A stretch of DNA of 63,466 nucleotides, counting the filler, from Octopus bimaculoides (taxonomy: Eukaryota), in assembly GCF_001194135.2 (NCBI RefSeq). It is 7 parts of 7 records of this genome, joined end to end, with 100 filler letters (N's around TTAATTAATTAA, not from the genome) between each part and the next. Parts side by side here need not be neighbours in the genome. Positions count along the whole stretch, not along the records: positions 11,488 to 17,082 come from NC_068985.1; positions 17,183 to 24,767 come from NC_068987.1; positions 24,868 to 34,975 come from NC_068989.1; 4 more parts are not named here. One strand, written 5' to 3'. Both the position numbers and the translations under genes were made by a program. Positions within the stretch are counted from its first letter, which is position 1. Each line of letters opens with the position of its first letter. Shown in pieces: positions 15,311 to 27,775 of the stretch. The notes beneath the pieces are model-generated. The model was not told where the DNA came from and made no database searches. It saw nothing but the letters and a program-made list of their open reading frames with translations.

Positions 15311-15402
15311 CACTAATAATAATCCTGTGTTCTATAGGCACAAGGCCTGAGATTTGGAGGAGTGGGGTTAATACTACATTAATATATATGCAAATAAATA
15401 AA

Positions 15403-15554
<152 letters not shown>

Positions 15555-15555
<1 letters not shown>

Positions 15556-16287
15556 TGGTTTGGCTCAGGATCGGTCTTATTCCTGGTAGTAATTTTGTGG
15601 ATAGCGGGTTACTACTTGTAACCTTAGGTATCGTTTCAAGTGCTTAGAACACTTCTGATAATGTTTGTTGTCCCTAAGATACAAAATTTCTGTAGGCGCT
15701 CTAACGGACATTCTAATACATTCTCCTTCAGGAATTTGTTTACATCCTGGCTTCTTGTTCCCAATACACGACCTTTACTGTTCTCATGCTCCATATTCTT
15801 CCTATTTCAAATTCTAAAGGATTGTAGCTTTCCATCCTATTTCTTTACGATTCTGGAATCAAACGCGCATGATGGCTCGATTAGTGGACATCTTATCTAT
15901 AATTGTTATTTCTGGTTTATTATTTTCTAACTTCTTTTCCGTTTGAATAGGCAAGTCCCACAGAACCTTGCATTTCTCCGACTCCAGTAGTCTTTCGACT
16001 CGATGAATGTACCATATGTTTCCAGCTTGAAATCCTCATTTCTGGCATAGTTTCCGGTGTTAAACTTTTACAACCTGCTCGTGCCTCCATTTCTTACATT
16101 GTTCCTGTGCTAACTTGGGGTACTCTGTCACAATGTATGTTACCGTCTTGTTCCAATTTCCATAGACCCTCCATTTTTCTGAAACATTATTTCCATATAT
16201 ATATCTTTCCTCAAGATGTCTGTTTTTATCGTTTGATATTGGGCTGCTACAATTGGGCTCTCTGTTTCTTTTCTTAATTGCTCCTTT
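15555..16287 (-). mobile_element. 5'-truncated R4/Dong non-LTR retrotransposon (zinc knuckle + restriction-like endonuclease remnant)
   Basis: Minus-strand translation with frameshifts gives KETESPIVAAQYQ, then WRVYGNWNKTVTYIVTEYPKLAQEQCKKWRHEQV (decayed CCHC knuckle), then KVLWDLPIQTEKKLENNKPEITIIDK...LIEPSCAFDSRI...LQKFCILGTTNIIRSVLST*. AAT/AAC triplet repeats flank both ends, as expected for Dong insertion into TAA repeats. Confidence 0.88.
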
Positions 16288-16339
16288 ATTGTTGTTATTA
16301 TTGTTGTTGTTATTGTTCTTCTCAACGAGGTGAGCTGTC

Positions 16340-16480
16340 AGAATTGCTATTTCGGCTGTCTTTACGTTCATCCTTTTGGGGTCGTTATTAAAATGAAGTA
16401 CCAGTTGTGTACTGGAGTCGATATAATCGACTGGCCCGCTCCCCCAAAATGTTGGGTCTTGTGAGCAGAGTAGAAACGAT
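16340..16480 (+). mobile_element. SINE family B, internally deleted, with (ATT)n tail
   Basis: It contains CATCCTTTTGGGGTCG...AAGTACCAGTTG...GTCGATATAATCGACTGGCCC...AGAGTAGAAACGATTATT. Confidence 0.8.
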
Positions 16481-16513
16481 TATTATTATTATCATTATTA
16501 TTATTATTATTAT

Positions 16514-16634
<121 letters not shown>

Positions 16635-16635
16635 T

Positions 16636-17045
16636 GAAAACCCACAACTTATTTTGCTTGGTATGATGGAAAGTGTCAGCTGTCCACAGCCAGCAGACTA
16701 AGGTAACACTTGTTTACTGGTCATGCTTCAAGAGCCCTGTGAATTATTCTTCCAGTTCCATCAATGCTGATTTTTGTTAGTGTTCTATCTTCCGATTTGT
16801 ACGAAATACTTTTAGATATTACAGTAGTTGAGGGTTGATAGTTCCAAGTGCGCCAATTACTATTGGTATCACGTCTCCTCTCCTCATTACTCATGACTTT
16901 CGTAATTCCCACCTCAATTCGTAGTTTTTTCTCCGCTTCTCTCTCTTTGATCCTGTTGTTATCGGGACTTGCTATGTCTATTATTATGCATGTTCTTTCT
17001 TTTTTTCCACCGCGATATTGTCCGGTTTCCGATGTCTGAATCATT
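16636..17045 (-). mobile_element. Second R4/Dong 3' fragment (restriction-like endonuclease C-terminus + 3' UTR)
   Basis: The minus strand reads KKERTCIIIDIASPDNNRIKEREAEKK...GTGRIIHRALEA*, followed by a short 3' UTR and (CTA)n/(GCT)n/(AAT)n repeats. Confidence 0.8.
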
Positions 17046-17182
17046 GTAGCGGTATAAATGTATGCATATATATATATATATANNNNNNNNNNNNNNNNNN
17101 NNNNNNNNNNNNNNNNNNNNNNNNNNTTAATTAATTAANNNNNNNNNNNNNNNNNNNNNNNNNNNNNNNNNNNNNNNNNNNN

Positions 17183-17355
17183 GGTGTGCTTACATTCTCA
17201 TAACTTAGTGGTTTGGCAAAAAGACTGATAGGATAAGTATTAGGCTTAAAAAAACAGAAGTCCTGGGGTAGATTTGTTTGACTAAAAAAACTCTTCAAGG
17301 TAATTCTCCAGCATGGCCACAGTGAAATGACTGAAACAAGTAAAAGAATAAAAGA
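17183..17355 (+). mobile_element. SINE family A, 3' half
   Basis: It contains TAACTTAGTGGTTTGGCAAAAAGAC...CCAGCATGGCCACAGTGAAATGACTGAAACAAGTAAAAG. Confidence 0.85.
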
Positions 17356-17384
17356 ATATCTCTACTGCTATACCTTTTATCTCT

Positions 17385-17600
17385 CATCTTTTACTTGTTT
17401 CAGTCATTGGACTACAGCCATGCTGTGAGATCACCTAAAAGAATTTTTAGTCGACTGAATCAACCCCAGTACCTTTTTCTTTTAAGACTGGTACTTATTT
17501 TATCAGTGTCTTTTGCTGAACCACTAATTTACAGGGATGTAAACACACCAACACCGGTTGTAAAGTGGTGGTGGGCGACAAACACAGACACAAAGATACA
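17385..17600 (-). mobile_element. SINE family A, 3' half, inverted relative to 17183-17355
   Basis: It is the reverse complement of the same 3' half (TTTTACTTGTTTCAGTCATT...GCTGAACCACTAATTTACAGGG). Confidence 0.85.
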
Positions 17601-17669
17601 CGCACCCACATTTGATATATATTTACATATATGTATCTGTGTGTGTGTGTGCATGTTTGTGTGTGTGCA

Positions 17670-17704
<35 letters not shown>

Positions 17705-17933
17705 ACATGTGTGCATGTGTGTAATTTAGTGATGAAGATTCTTAAGAATAAAGACACATCAACAAGTAGGATATCAGAAATGGCTAGATATGATCACATA
17801 GAATTCATAGTGAAATAAAACAACATTGTAGACTTCAATTGCTGACATGATACCATCGATATGCAAGTATCAAATCCAGTTTATGACAATGGATCCAATT
17901 TACCAGTGGATCCTTAGTGCGGCATAGGTATGA

Positions 17934-18154
17934 CCCTTTAGCATTCAGATTATTTTGTCAAATGTAACATTTATTCATTAACATTGCTTTGGATTAATCA
18001 TGCATTATCTTGTAGCTTTGAGATTTTGATGATATGATTGTTTATGATTTGAAAGACTTTGTGAGGTGGCTGTGAGCGGCCAGATCTGGCCAATTTGAAC
18101 ATAAAATAGATAGAACATTTGGGGCTGGATATGGTCAGTTTAAAAGCTAAAGGG
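17934..18154. mobile_element. MITE with CCCTTTAGC terminal inverted repeats (piggyBac-like)
   Basis: CCCTTTAGC at 17934 and GCTAAAGGG ending at 18154 form a perfect 9-bp TIR around about 220 bp of non-coding sequence. The TTAA target site is not preserved. Confidence 0.6.
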
Positions 18155-18959
18155 AGAAAAAAGCAAACAAAAATGGCATTGAAAATTTTCCATAGAATGT
18201 TATCTACTGTAGTTGTAAAAGATTACATCATAATATATCATCCACTATCATCAGGTAAAATTTTAAACAGGTAAGATTTCAAACATCAACCTTGAGACAC
18301 AACCAACATTTCTTGGGCTAGTGATGCTTTCAAATTCTACATTAAAATTTACTGGAGAATTTGGTGTGATCTGAAACAAGCAATTAATGAATAAAGAAAA
18401 AAATCATAGAACTTCCAAATGAAGAAACACAAGAACCCATCATCTTATTTTCACAAATTATTGATGAAACTTCATACATAGTCAGCATTACAGTAACCCT
18501 CTCTCACCTGTTCACATATGCAGTTGTACAACTACTTCAATCCTGCATCATTCCCTTTACAAGTTTGGCTTCAAATAAAAATAGTACAGACGAAATTTAT
18601 TGTATTTGTTTCTAATTAGTAGCATAAAAGAAACTCATTTCAGCTATCACACTCCACAATATAGAGAATAGAAAACATTGGAAATGACCTCCAATACACA
18701 GTCATGGTTGTGTAAAGAGTTTTTTTTCCCTCTACTATGTGGTTAGGGAAATTTGAAACCATAAATCCCAGTGCATTACTTTATTTTCTCCATAATTTTT
18801 ATCTCTCACTCCATTTTCTTTACCTCTCATCCTTTTTTCTCAAAGATCATAGACTTGAAACATCAAAGACATTTCCCAAGCATCAAACTAATACAGCTGC
18901 TTATTGTTACCTGTTTCTGTCTTTTGTTTTCTGTGCATTTGAACCATATATATGTATAG

Positions 18960-19000
<41 letters not shown>

Positions 19001-22000
19001 TAAGGATTTACTTTTCGTAATGAGATAAAAAACAAGGCTGTGTATAATATTGAACATTTATAAATAGGTCTTACAGCTGTTTCCAGGATATTTATTATAT
19101 CCCTTCATTGGAGACGGTGTGAGAAGATGGTTAAGCAATAGTTAGTTTAGATAAGATNNNNNNNNNNTTATATCCCTTCATTGGAGACGGTGTGAGAAGA
19201 TGGTTAAGCAATAGTTAGTTTAGATAAGATAGGAAATAGAGAGTGAATGTAGGGATATTGTATTTGTAAATCCATTGTTTAGGTAGAATGATATACATAT
19301 AAGATTCCAGTACCTTGTGAGTAAAATCCAATAGTCTTTAAGATTGGTCATTGCATTTGTAAATCCATTATTAAGATTCCAATATCCTATGAGTAAAATC
19401 CAACAGTCTTTGAAATTGATCATTCCAAATACAGAGTTTATACACAGTGTTATTGAATCAAGGGTTCTGTTTAAAGTGACCTAGAAGCAGAGAATGTATG
19501 GTCAAATCGAAAACAGGAAGAGGGAAAAAAAAGAAAAAAGAAAAAAGAAAGTGGGGGGGAGAAATAGAAGAAAGAGAAAGAAGAAAATAATAAAAGGAAT
19601 AAAGAAGAGATAAGGGAAAGTGTACCAGAACGGTCAGTGAATATGATAAGAAGGTAGGAACGGGAGGATAAGGGTGAAAGAGAGAGGAAGATATTAGAGT
19701 AAAGAAAGATAGAAGGAATGGGGGTGGGTTATGGAGAGAGAGATGTAAAGCTTTAAGGAGTGTCAATTGCAGTGATGGAGTCTAAATGATGGGGTAGAGA
19801 AAGGAATTTGGTTGGTTGGACTGGTCAGTAGTAGTAGTAGTAGTAGAATAAAATCATGTGTATATATGTATGCATTAGACGTGTATATATATATATTTTA
19901 TTTATACAGATGTTTATACATATCAATATCTACACATATAACTGGTACTCATATGTATATGGATACGTGCACACCCACATATACGTGTATCTGTATGTCA
20001 TATCGCCCCCTGTACACACATGTATATATACCTCGTATACACGCATACACAGACATATACACGCACATATACATGGATGCACACACACATGCGAATATGA
20101 TTAGATGTTTGTGAAATTCGAGTATGAGTATGAGTGAAGGGTTAGATAGGGATTAGATGTTAAAATATAGATTTATAAGGTCATAGGGATTACCTAAGGG
20201 GTATTGTGGAAATGTACTGTATGGTCATTTTGGCATTTGGATTTGTGGTAGAATTTCAATGTTTGACAAAAGCAGTGATTACATGTGTTTAATGCCTCAT
20301 AATTTTTATTTAGCAGAGCTGGAGAGTTGTGCTTTAATGTGAAGTACCTCCTTCAGGCAAAATTTGCAGGTATATATATATATATATATAACGTGAGAGA
20401 GTTAGGGGTTGGGGGTACAACCCACTAAGGGATAGTATCTATCCAGTATACTGCTGGGAGGGTACCCAATTATTGCTACACTAGTGCTATACTAGGTGCA
20501 ATCAATGGGAGCGGGTAAAAGTGGAGGTTTTACCCAAAATTTGTGTGACAATTAGAAAATGGAGGATAATATGCTGAACCCAACTACTTGCAGACGGTGT
20601 ATCCCGTTGAATTCATCANNNNNNNNNNNNNNNNNNNNNNNNNNNNNNNNNNNNNNNNNNNNNNNNNNNNNNNNNNNNNNNNNNNNNNNNNNNNNNNNNN
20701 NNNNNNNNNNNNNNNNNNNNNNNNNNNNNNNNNNNNNNNNNNNNNNNNNNNNNNNNNNNNNNNNNNNNNNNNNNNNNNNNNNNNNNNNNNNNNNNNNNNN
20801 NNNNNNNNNNNNNNNNNNNNNNNNNNNNNNNNNNNNNNNNNNNNNNNNNNNNNNNNNNNNNNNNNNNNNNNNNNNNNNNNNNNNNNNNNNNNNNNNNNNN
20901 NNNNNNNNNNNNNNNNNNNNNNNNNNNNNNNNNNNNNNNNNNNNNNNNNNNNNNNNNNNNNNNNNNNNNNNNNNNNNNNNNNNNNNNNNNNNNNNNNNNN
21001 NNNNNNNNNNNNNNNNNNNNNNNNNNNNNNNNNNNNNNNNNNNNNNNNNNNNNNNNNNNNNNNNNNNNNNNNNNNNNNNNNNNNNNNNNNNNNNNNNNNN
21101 NNNNNNNNNNNNNNNNNNNNNNNNNNNNNNNNNNNNNNNNNNNNNNNNNNNNNNNNNNNNNNNNNNNNNNNNNNNNNNNNNNNNNNNNNNNNNNNNNNNN
21201 NNNNNNNNNNNNNNNNNNNNNNNNNNNNNNNNNNNNNNNNNNNNNNNNNNNNNNNNNNNNNNNNNNNNNNNNNNNNNNNNNNNNNNNNNNNNNNNNNNNN
21301 NNNNNNNNNNNNNNNNNNNNNNNNNNNNNNNNNNNNNNNNNNNNNNNNNNNNNNNNNNNNNNNNNNNNNNNNNNNNNNNNNNNNNNNNNNNNNNNNNNNN
21401 NNNNNNNNNNNNNNNNNNNNNNNNNNNNNNNNNNNNNNNNNNNNNNNNNNNNNNNNNNNNNNNATATATATATATATATATATATATACAAGGAAAGAAT
21501 GAAGGAATTAATTCTGTTTATAAGAACAATCATGTAGTGCTCAGAAAATGAGCTATATGAATAATATAAGCATCAATAGAAGACACAAAATTCAGGTAAT
21601 TGATAAACAATTTTCCTTTATAACATCAGAGTACTTAAGGCAAATCTCATAAAACCATAAAAAATATATATGCATGTACAAAATTACACAAAAATACGTA
21701 AAAATATACATACAAATACATGTGAACTTCTAAAAATTTGTATGAATATAGAATGAAAATATAAAATGGTATGTGAGTGCCCAAACTCGGTACATCTGTG
21801 TTTGAAACAAGAAGGAAGAAAGTTATAGATACATGGAGAATATGTGACATTATACATAATCAATGAAAAGATATTAAAAGTATTCCATGGCAGAGATAAA
21901 GTCTAATACTCATCCTACGATTGTTTCAGGAAAATATTACTGGGAATGGATAAAGTATTCCTGTCCATCTCCTATATAAACTGTTCCTTCATCAGAGAAC

Positions 22001-22645
22001 ACATAATAGACATAGAGTCCTCCTTATCTGGAATAGAGAGAACAGAGAAAACCAGAAAAAAATAATAAAAATTTAGTGATGTGATTGGACAAATCAACAG
22101 CTAACACTAATAAATAAATGTGAACTAGAAGAGAGGTTCTATGGAGTTAATGTATTTAAGACAAGTTCATTATATACTAGGGTTGAATCTACCAGTTTCA
22201 AATTTATATACAAGTTAGCTATTATTAATTTATATACAAGTTAGCTTTCTTTGTGTTTACTTGTCCTGTTTCCCATTTTTTCTCGTTGTTTATGTATTCA
22301 ACTTGTTTGTTTACGTATTTCATGTTATTTGCACCATTGGTGATGTCCTGTACCCATATATGCATGTGTGTGTATATATATATACATATATNNNNNNNNN
22401 NNNNNNNNNNNNNNNNNNNNNNNNNNNNNNNNNNNNNNNNNNNNNNNNNNNNNNNNNNNNNNNNNNNNNNNNNNNNNNNNNNNNNNNNNNNNNNNNNNNN
22501 NNNNNNNNNNNNNNNNNNNNNNNNNNNNNNNNNNNNNNNNNNNNNNNNNNNNNNNNNNNNNNNNNNNNNNNNNNNNNNNNNNNNNNNNNNNNNNNNNNNN
22601 NNNNNNNNNNNNNNNNNNNNNNNNNNNNNNNNNNNNNNNNNNNNN

Positions 22646-22684
<39 letters not shown>

Positions 22685-23659
22685 CATACACACACACACA
22701 TGTATATATATATACATACATACTCATATATATGTATATGTGTGTGTGAGTGTGTGTATTATGTGTGTGTATGTGAGTGTAAATATACATGTATGCATAC
22801 ATACACTTTTACTCTTTTACTCATATCAGCCATGCAACTGCAGTCATACTGGAGCACCACGATATATATATATATACATACACATACACATATATATTTA
22901 TGTGTGTGTGTGCATGTGTGTGTGTATGCATATATATAACATACATACATACATACAAACATACATACATGCATGCATACATACATACATACATACATAC
23001 ATACATACATACATAAATACATACTATAGGCTTCTTACAATTTCGATATACCAAATCCATTTCACAAAGCTTTAATTGGTCTGGGGTTTATAAAAATATC
23101 TCTCCATGGTATCATACCATTGGACTGAACCCAAAACCATGTAGTTTCAAACCAAACTTCTTAACCACCTAACCATGCTTTGATATCAAATGTATTCACC
23201 TGCAACCTGTAGCCCTAAGGTTTATCTCAACCTCTGGTAGCTTTAAAACCTTTTATCCAATCAGTTCAGTTGCCCACCAAAACTTTTAAACTTTTAACTC
23301 ATTCAAGTTCTTATACATGTAATTATTTATTCTATCTGTCCAACTTGGTCATGGTCTACCCCAAGGGCCTTGTTTCAGTGAGGTACCAGGGGAGAAGTCC
23401 CCCACCCACACTTTTTCAGGAATGGGGGACAAACCATTTTTTGTACCCCCTACTTTTTCACAATTAAAAAGCAAAGTACCACTGTCAATCTAGGTGGTAT
23501 ATTGCATAGTGTCAAGCTGGTGCAGGAGGAGCTAAAGAAATCTAAGCAGCGAAGAAAAATTTCAGGAGCTGTTCAATACAGCAGAAAAAAATTATTTATT
23601 AACTTGATATTTCTCCTTTGGAGCTACCCAGGCAATGAATAGTTCCTAAAAGATACCAG

Positions 23660-23872
23660 GAAGAAAACACAGACACAAAGATACACACACACACACTTAC
23701 ACACACATATACATATACAACAGGCTTTTTTCAGTTTCCATCTACCAAATCCACTCATAAGGCTTTCATCAGCCTAAGGCTATAGCAGAAGAGACTAACC
23801 CATGGTGCCATACAGTGGGACTGAACCTGGAACCATGTGGTTGGGGAGCAAGCTTCTTACCACACAGCCACA
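23660..23872 (-). mobile_element. SINE family A, 5' half
   Basis: It contains TTTCAGTTTCCATCTACCAAATCCACTC...GTGGGACTGAACCTGGAACCATGTGG...CTTACCACACAGCCAC. Confidence 0.85.
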
Positions 23873-23929
23873 CTTGAGCCTAGACACTGATTTGTTGAAA
23901 TTCATTCTTAAAATGATGAACAATTTCAT

Positions 23930-24210
23930 GAAGTAATTTTGTCACTATCAAATTAGTATTTGGAACATAAATTAAAGTGAAATTTTGATGGAAGGCTTCT
24001 TTGAAAATTAAAGTGATATAAAGATCAGTTTAAGCCATAAAATTTGTATCTTAGAACTGAGAGCTTTCTCAAGTGAGTTGATAACAATAATAAAGAATTT
24101 AGTGAAATAATTTTGTCATCATTAAGCTGAAGTTTGGGGACTTAAATTAACATGAAATTTTTGAAGGAAGGTTTTAATATAAATCACTTTGAATTGTATC
24201 ATAGGACCAG
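23930..24210. repeat. Two diverged tandem copies (period about 180 bp) of a repeat segment, probably a MITE interior
   Basis: GTCACTATCAAATTAGTATTTGGAACATAAATTAAAGTGAAATTTTGATGGAAGG (near 23940) matches GTCATCATTAAGCTGAAGTTTGGGGACTTAAATTAACATGAAATTTTTGAAGGAAGG (near 24116). Confidence 0.55.
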
Positions 24211-24704
24211 GATTGCTCACAGTTGGATTGATATCAAAATGGACTTTCAATGTCATGAGAAAAATATAAGCTTTGATCAATCATTTCTTTGTTTCTCTTA
24301 AAATAATTAATTCCTTCCAAATGAATAAATATGATCTTCCACTTAATTCAAATATATTTCCCTCTCCGCTATTCAATTCAAATATAGATCATCACCTGCA
24401 TAATTAACTAACTTGAGATCACAATAATTTTCCCTTACTTAAAGTACTAATAAAGCAATCCGTTTCAATAGTTGATCTCTTCTTATGTTTTCTCAACCTT
24501 TCTCTCCTCTTCTTCTTCAGTCTCTGCTGTTTTGAAACTGTCTGTTTATCAGTTTGTCTCTTCTCACTAGTATTCACTTTCTTTTCTCTCACCTCGCCTA
24601 TATGTAGAACAATAAACAGAACAATAAATGAACTTCCCCTTCAAGATAAAACTTGACTTTCGACTGACAAAGTTGTTTTTCAAGTTTTATCCAACCAACT
24701 GTTA

Positions 24705-24738
<34 letters not shown>

Positions 24739-24867
24739 TTATCTATCTCTTCTCACGGACGTGCTGTNNNNNNNNNNNNNNNNNNNNNNNNNNNNNNNNN
24801 NNNNNNNNNNNTTAATTAATTAANNNNNNNNNNNNNNNNNNNNNNNNNNNNNNNNNNNNNNNNNNNN

Positions 24868-24916
<49 letters not shown>

Positions 24917-25245
24917 TATCATTATTATTATTATTATTTCTTTTCTTCTTCTTCTTCGTCTTTCCCTTCTTCTTCTTCTTCTTATTATTATTATTATTAT
25001 TATTATTGTTATTGTTATTAATATTATTATTATTATTATTACTATTATTATTATTATTATTATTATTATCATTATTATTATTATTATTTCTTTTCTTCTT
25101 CTTCTTCTTCTTCTTCTTCTTCGTCTTTCCCTTCTTCTTCTTCTTCTTCTTCTTCTTTCCCTTCTTCTTTCTTTCTTTCTTTTTTTCTTTTCTCTTCTGC
25201 TGTTGCTGCTGCCGCCGCTGCTATTGTTGTTGCTGTTGCTGTTTC
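24868..25245. repeat. Compound TTA/TTC/TGC microsatellite with an internal block duplication
   Basis: Seen directly. The block ...ATTTCTTTTCTTCTTC...CGTCTTTCCCTTC occurs twice. Confidence 0.9.
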
Positions 25246-26161
25246 GCCTAAGGTCAGCTCTGATTCAGGAAACCTATGAACAAAAGCATTTCAGCTGCGA
25301 TCACTTTGTAGGTTTTTATATTAGGAACATTTCCTTTTTCAATGCACCTTTTTCCGTATTTAAGACATGAGGTTATGATTTGAGAGAAGGATTGTTTTTC
25401 GTTGGCTCTTGCAGAAATAGAAACCCTGTTTAGGCTAAGGCACCTACGGAAACATTGAAAGATTTCCGGTATGTAATAATCATATTACGTACGGTTGAAG
25501 CCGTTACTAATGTTAAAAACAAAAGTTATTGATTTAAAACTCAGAATGCATCAGAATAATTTTGCATCGTTGTTGCAATGCAGTATAAATATCAAAATCG
25601 AACGACAAAAGATAACCACACATATCGTAGATATGTCTGTGTTTTGGAATTTTATTTCCCAAGGATTTCCTTCCAGTTTCGATCTCTCTGTGTGAAACCT
25701 TCATAAAATGGTTCAACTATAGACTTGGATTGATGAATGTATTGTGAATGGAGTTTAGCTGATAGAAACTGCGCAGAATTACTGGAATATTTATAAGTTA
25801 ATGTACGTTATAGTAAATTAAGAGCTATTAATAGTCTTTTTACCATTAAGACACGTGGTTAGGCAGGTTTTTATAACGTGCCTTGTGCCTCTAAGTAGTT
25901 TTAGGCATCTGAGCATATGGTTTGTTTTGTTTGAAAATAAAGACGCTGGTACATGAGAAAGCACAAGAAAAAAGGAGAAGGTTGAAGCTAAAATTGGAAT
26001 GAGAAGACATACATGTATACATACATCCATGTATGCATGCATCTATCTTCTTAATATTTCTCTCTTTCACACCACCTCTCACATTCACTAACTAAATGAG
26101 TGACAGCATAATGCATCGGCTGGCTATATAATTATATTTGATCACTCACTCTCTCTCTTTA

Positions 26162-26193
<32 letters not shown>

Positions 26194-26462
26194 ACTCTCT
26201 TTTCCTCTTTCTTTCTCTCTCATTTCACCTCTTCCTCTTCTCTGAGAAACTAAACCGTAAAGTATATATGAAAGTCTTTGTTAAAAATGACTTAATACAG
26301 TTTTTAAGTGTCAAAGGGATTTTTTTTTAAATTACTTTTTAAAAGAAGTTATAAAATCTTTTCTCAAGATGTTACTAATCTTTTTTGGAAGAAGTTTTTT
26401 CCATAATGTGTGTGTGCTTTCGACAACATTTTCTATATATGTATGTGCTTATGTATGTATGT

Positions 26463-26660
26463 CATTATTACATCCGCCAAGGAAGGACATTATGCTTTCA
26501 TCGGCGTTGGTTTGTCCGTCTGTCCGGCTGTGCGCAAATTAACTCAAAAAGCCGTGAACGATATTTGACTAAACTTACAGGAAAAGTTGGTAATGACACA
26601 AGGAAGAGATGATGAAATTTTGGTAGTGATCCGGGAATTTTTATGGATTCTTGAAGGATT
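26463..26660 (+). mobile_element. Helentron/DINE-1-like non-autonomous element, 5' part (a second head lies at about 26972-27020)
   Basis: The heads TTATTACATCCGCCAAGGAAGGACATTATG and TTAAACCCCGCCAAGGAGGTTATGTTTTCG are present, and the first is followed by GTTTGTCCGTCTGTCCG. This resembles the ACCTCCGCCAAGGAGGT hairpin head of this class (recognised from memory). Confidence 0.55.
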
Positions 26661-27507
26661 TTTCATTTGTTATATTTACTTTATATGAAGTATTACAATG
26701 TTATGTTCTTTGATTATCTCCCTTAAAACGCATTCATCGTTTCAACGTAACCTATGTTGCCGTTGCTGTTTCCAAAGTTTATTTTCGTTTCTCTATAAGT
26801 AATTTTACTCGCGTTGTGTGTGTATCACTCAAGTTTTAGGTAATTGTTGTTTCTTTTTAGTTGTATGGTGAAACTAGCTCGCTGTTGTCATTGATGTATT
26901 ATAACTACTTCAGATGATTCCTGTTTTTAAAGGATTTGTCTTTTTTTAAATATATGGCTGGGTTATTTTTTTAAACCCCGCCAAGGAGGTTATGTTTTCG
27001 CCAGCTTTGGTTTGAGAAATTGACTGAATATTTGCTCGAGTGTGTGTAATTCTCATATCAATCTAAAAGGCCCGGCCCCAGCATTACCGTAATACAATTA
27101 CTGAAAACAGTATAAGAATGAAGTAACACATAGATTATTGCGGTTAATTGTTGGTAATAATTGTTGGAAAAATGCACGTTTGTTTATATAGGTAGCGGGT
27201 AGATAAATCCCTACCAACATTAGCGCCGAGACCACGAATATATACTTTTTATAGAAGTTACTTTAGTATTCCGATGCTAAGTAATAAATATGATTTTCTT
27301 TAGCATTGTAGAGTCGATAGAGGTCTGTAGGAAGTTCGGGAAGTTTTGCAATTCTCCATGATGTTGACCATGTCGAGTAAAGATATGAAAATATGAAAAT
27401 AAAATAAAAATATGATAATGAGTGTAAGTAATGATAGATATGTTAGTACTGCGGATGATAATGGTACATCCTAATCGATTAATTCACCACACAGTGTTTA
27501 AACGTCA

Positions 27508-27775
27508 GGGCACATGGCCCAATGGCTAGAGCGTCGGGCTCACAATCATGAGGTAGTGAGTTCCATTCTCAGTCAGGGATGTGTGTTGTGCTCTTTAACA
27601 AGACATTTATTTTACGTTGATCCAGAAATGTGTTACAACGTTACTGGTGCCTAACTGTATCGGCCTTTCCCTTGGTTAATATCGGTGCCATAGAGAGGGA
27701 GTGGTATGAATGAGCGACTGCTGGTCTTCCATACACAGCCTTGCCCTGACTTGTGCCTCGGAGAGAACTTTTCCC
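27508..27775 (+). mobile_element. tRNA-derived SINE, family C
   Basis: It has an A-box-like TGGCCCAATGG and a B-box-like GAGTTCCATTCTC. Its 3' domain is shared with 51735-51870. Confidence 0.75.

Noticed and set aside
17845-17920. Peptide DMQVSNPVYDNG with an NPxY motif
   Set aside because: There is an in-frame stop just upstream and no acceptor after it.
19085-19230. Exact ~63-bp direct repeat around a 10-N gap
   Set aside because: This is typical of unmerged overlapping contig ends, so an assembly artefact.
22250-22345. Protein-like stretch DITNGANNMKYVNKQVEYINNEKKWETGQ on the minus strand
   Set aside because: There is no pyrimidine tract at the acceptor, and the DNA resembles the A-rich interspersed repeat at 45945-46060.
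27508-27580. tRNA-like sequences at SINE heads (also 34848, 35197, 38540, 42911, 44507)
   Set aside because: A and B boxes are present, but the cloverleaf is incomplete and each continues into a SINE body, so they are not tRNA genes.
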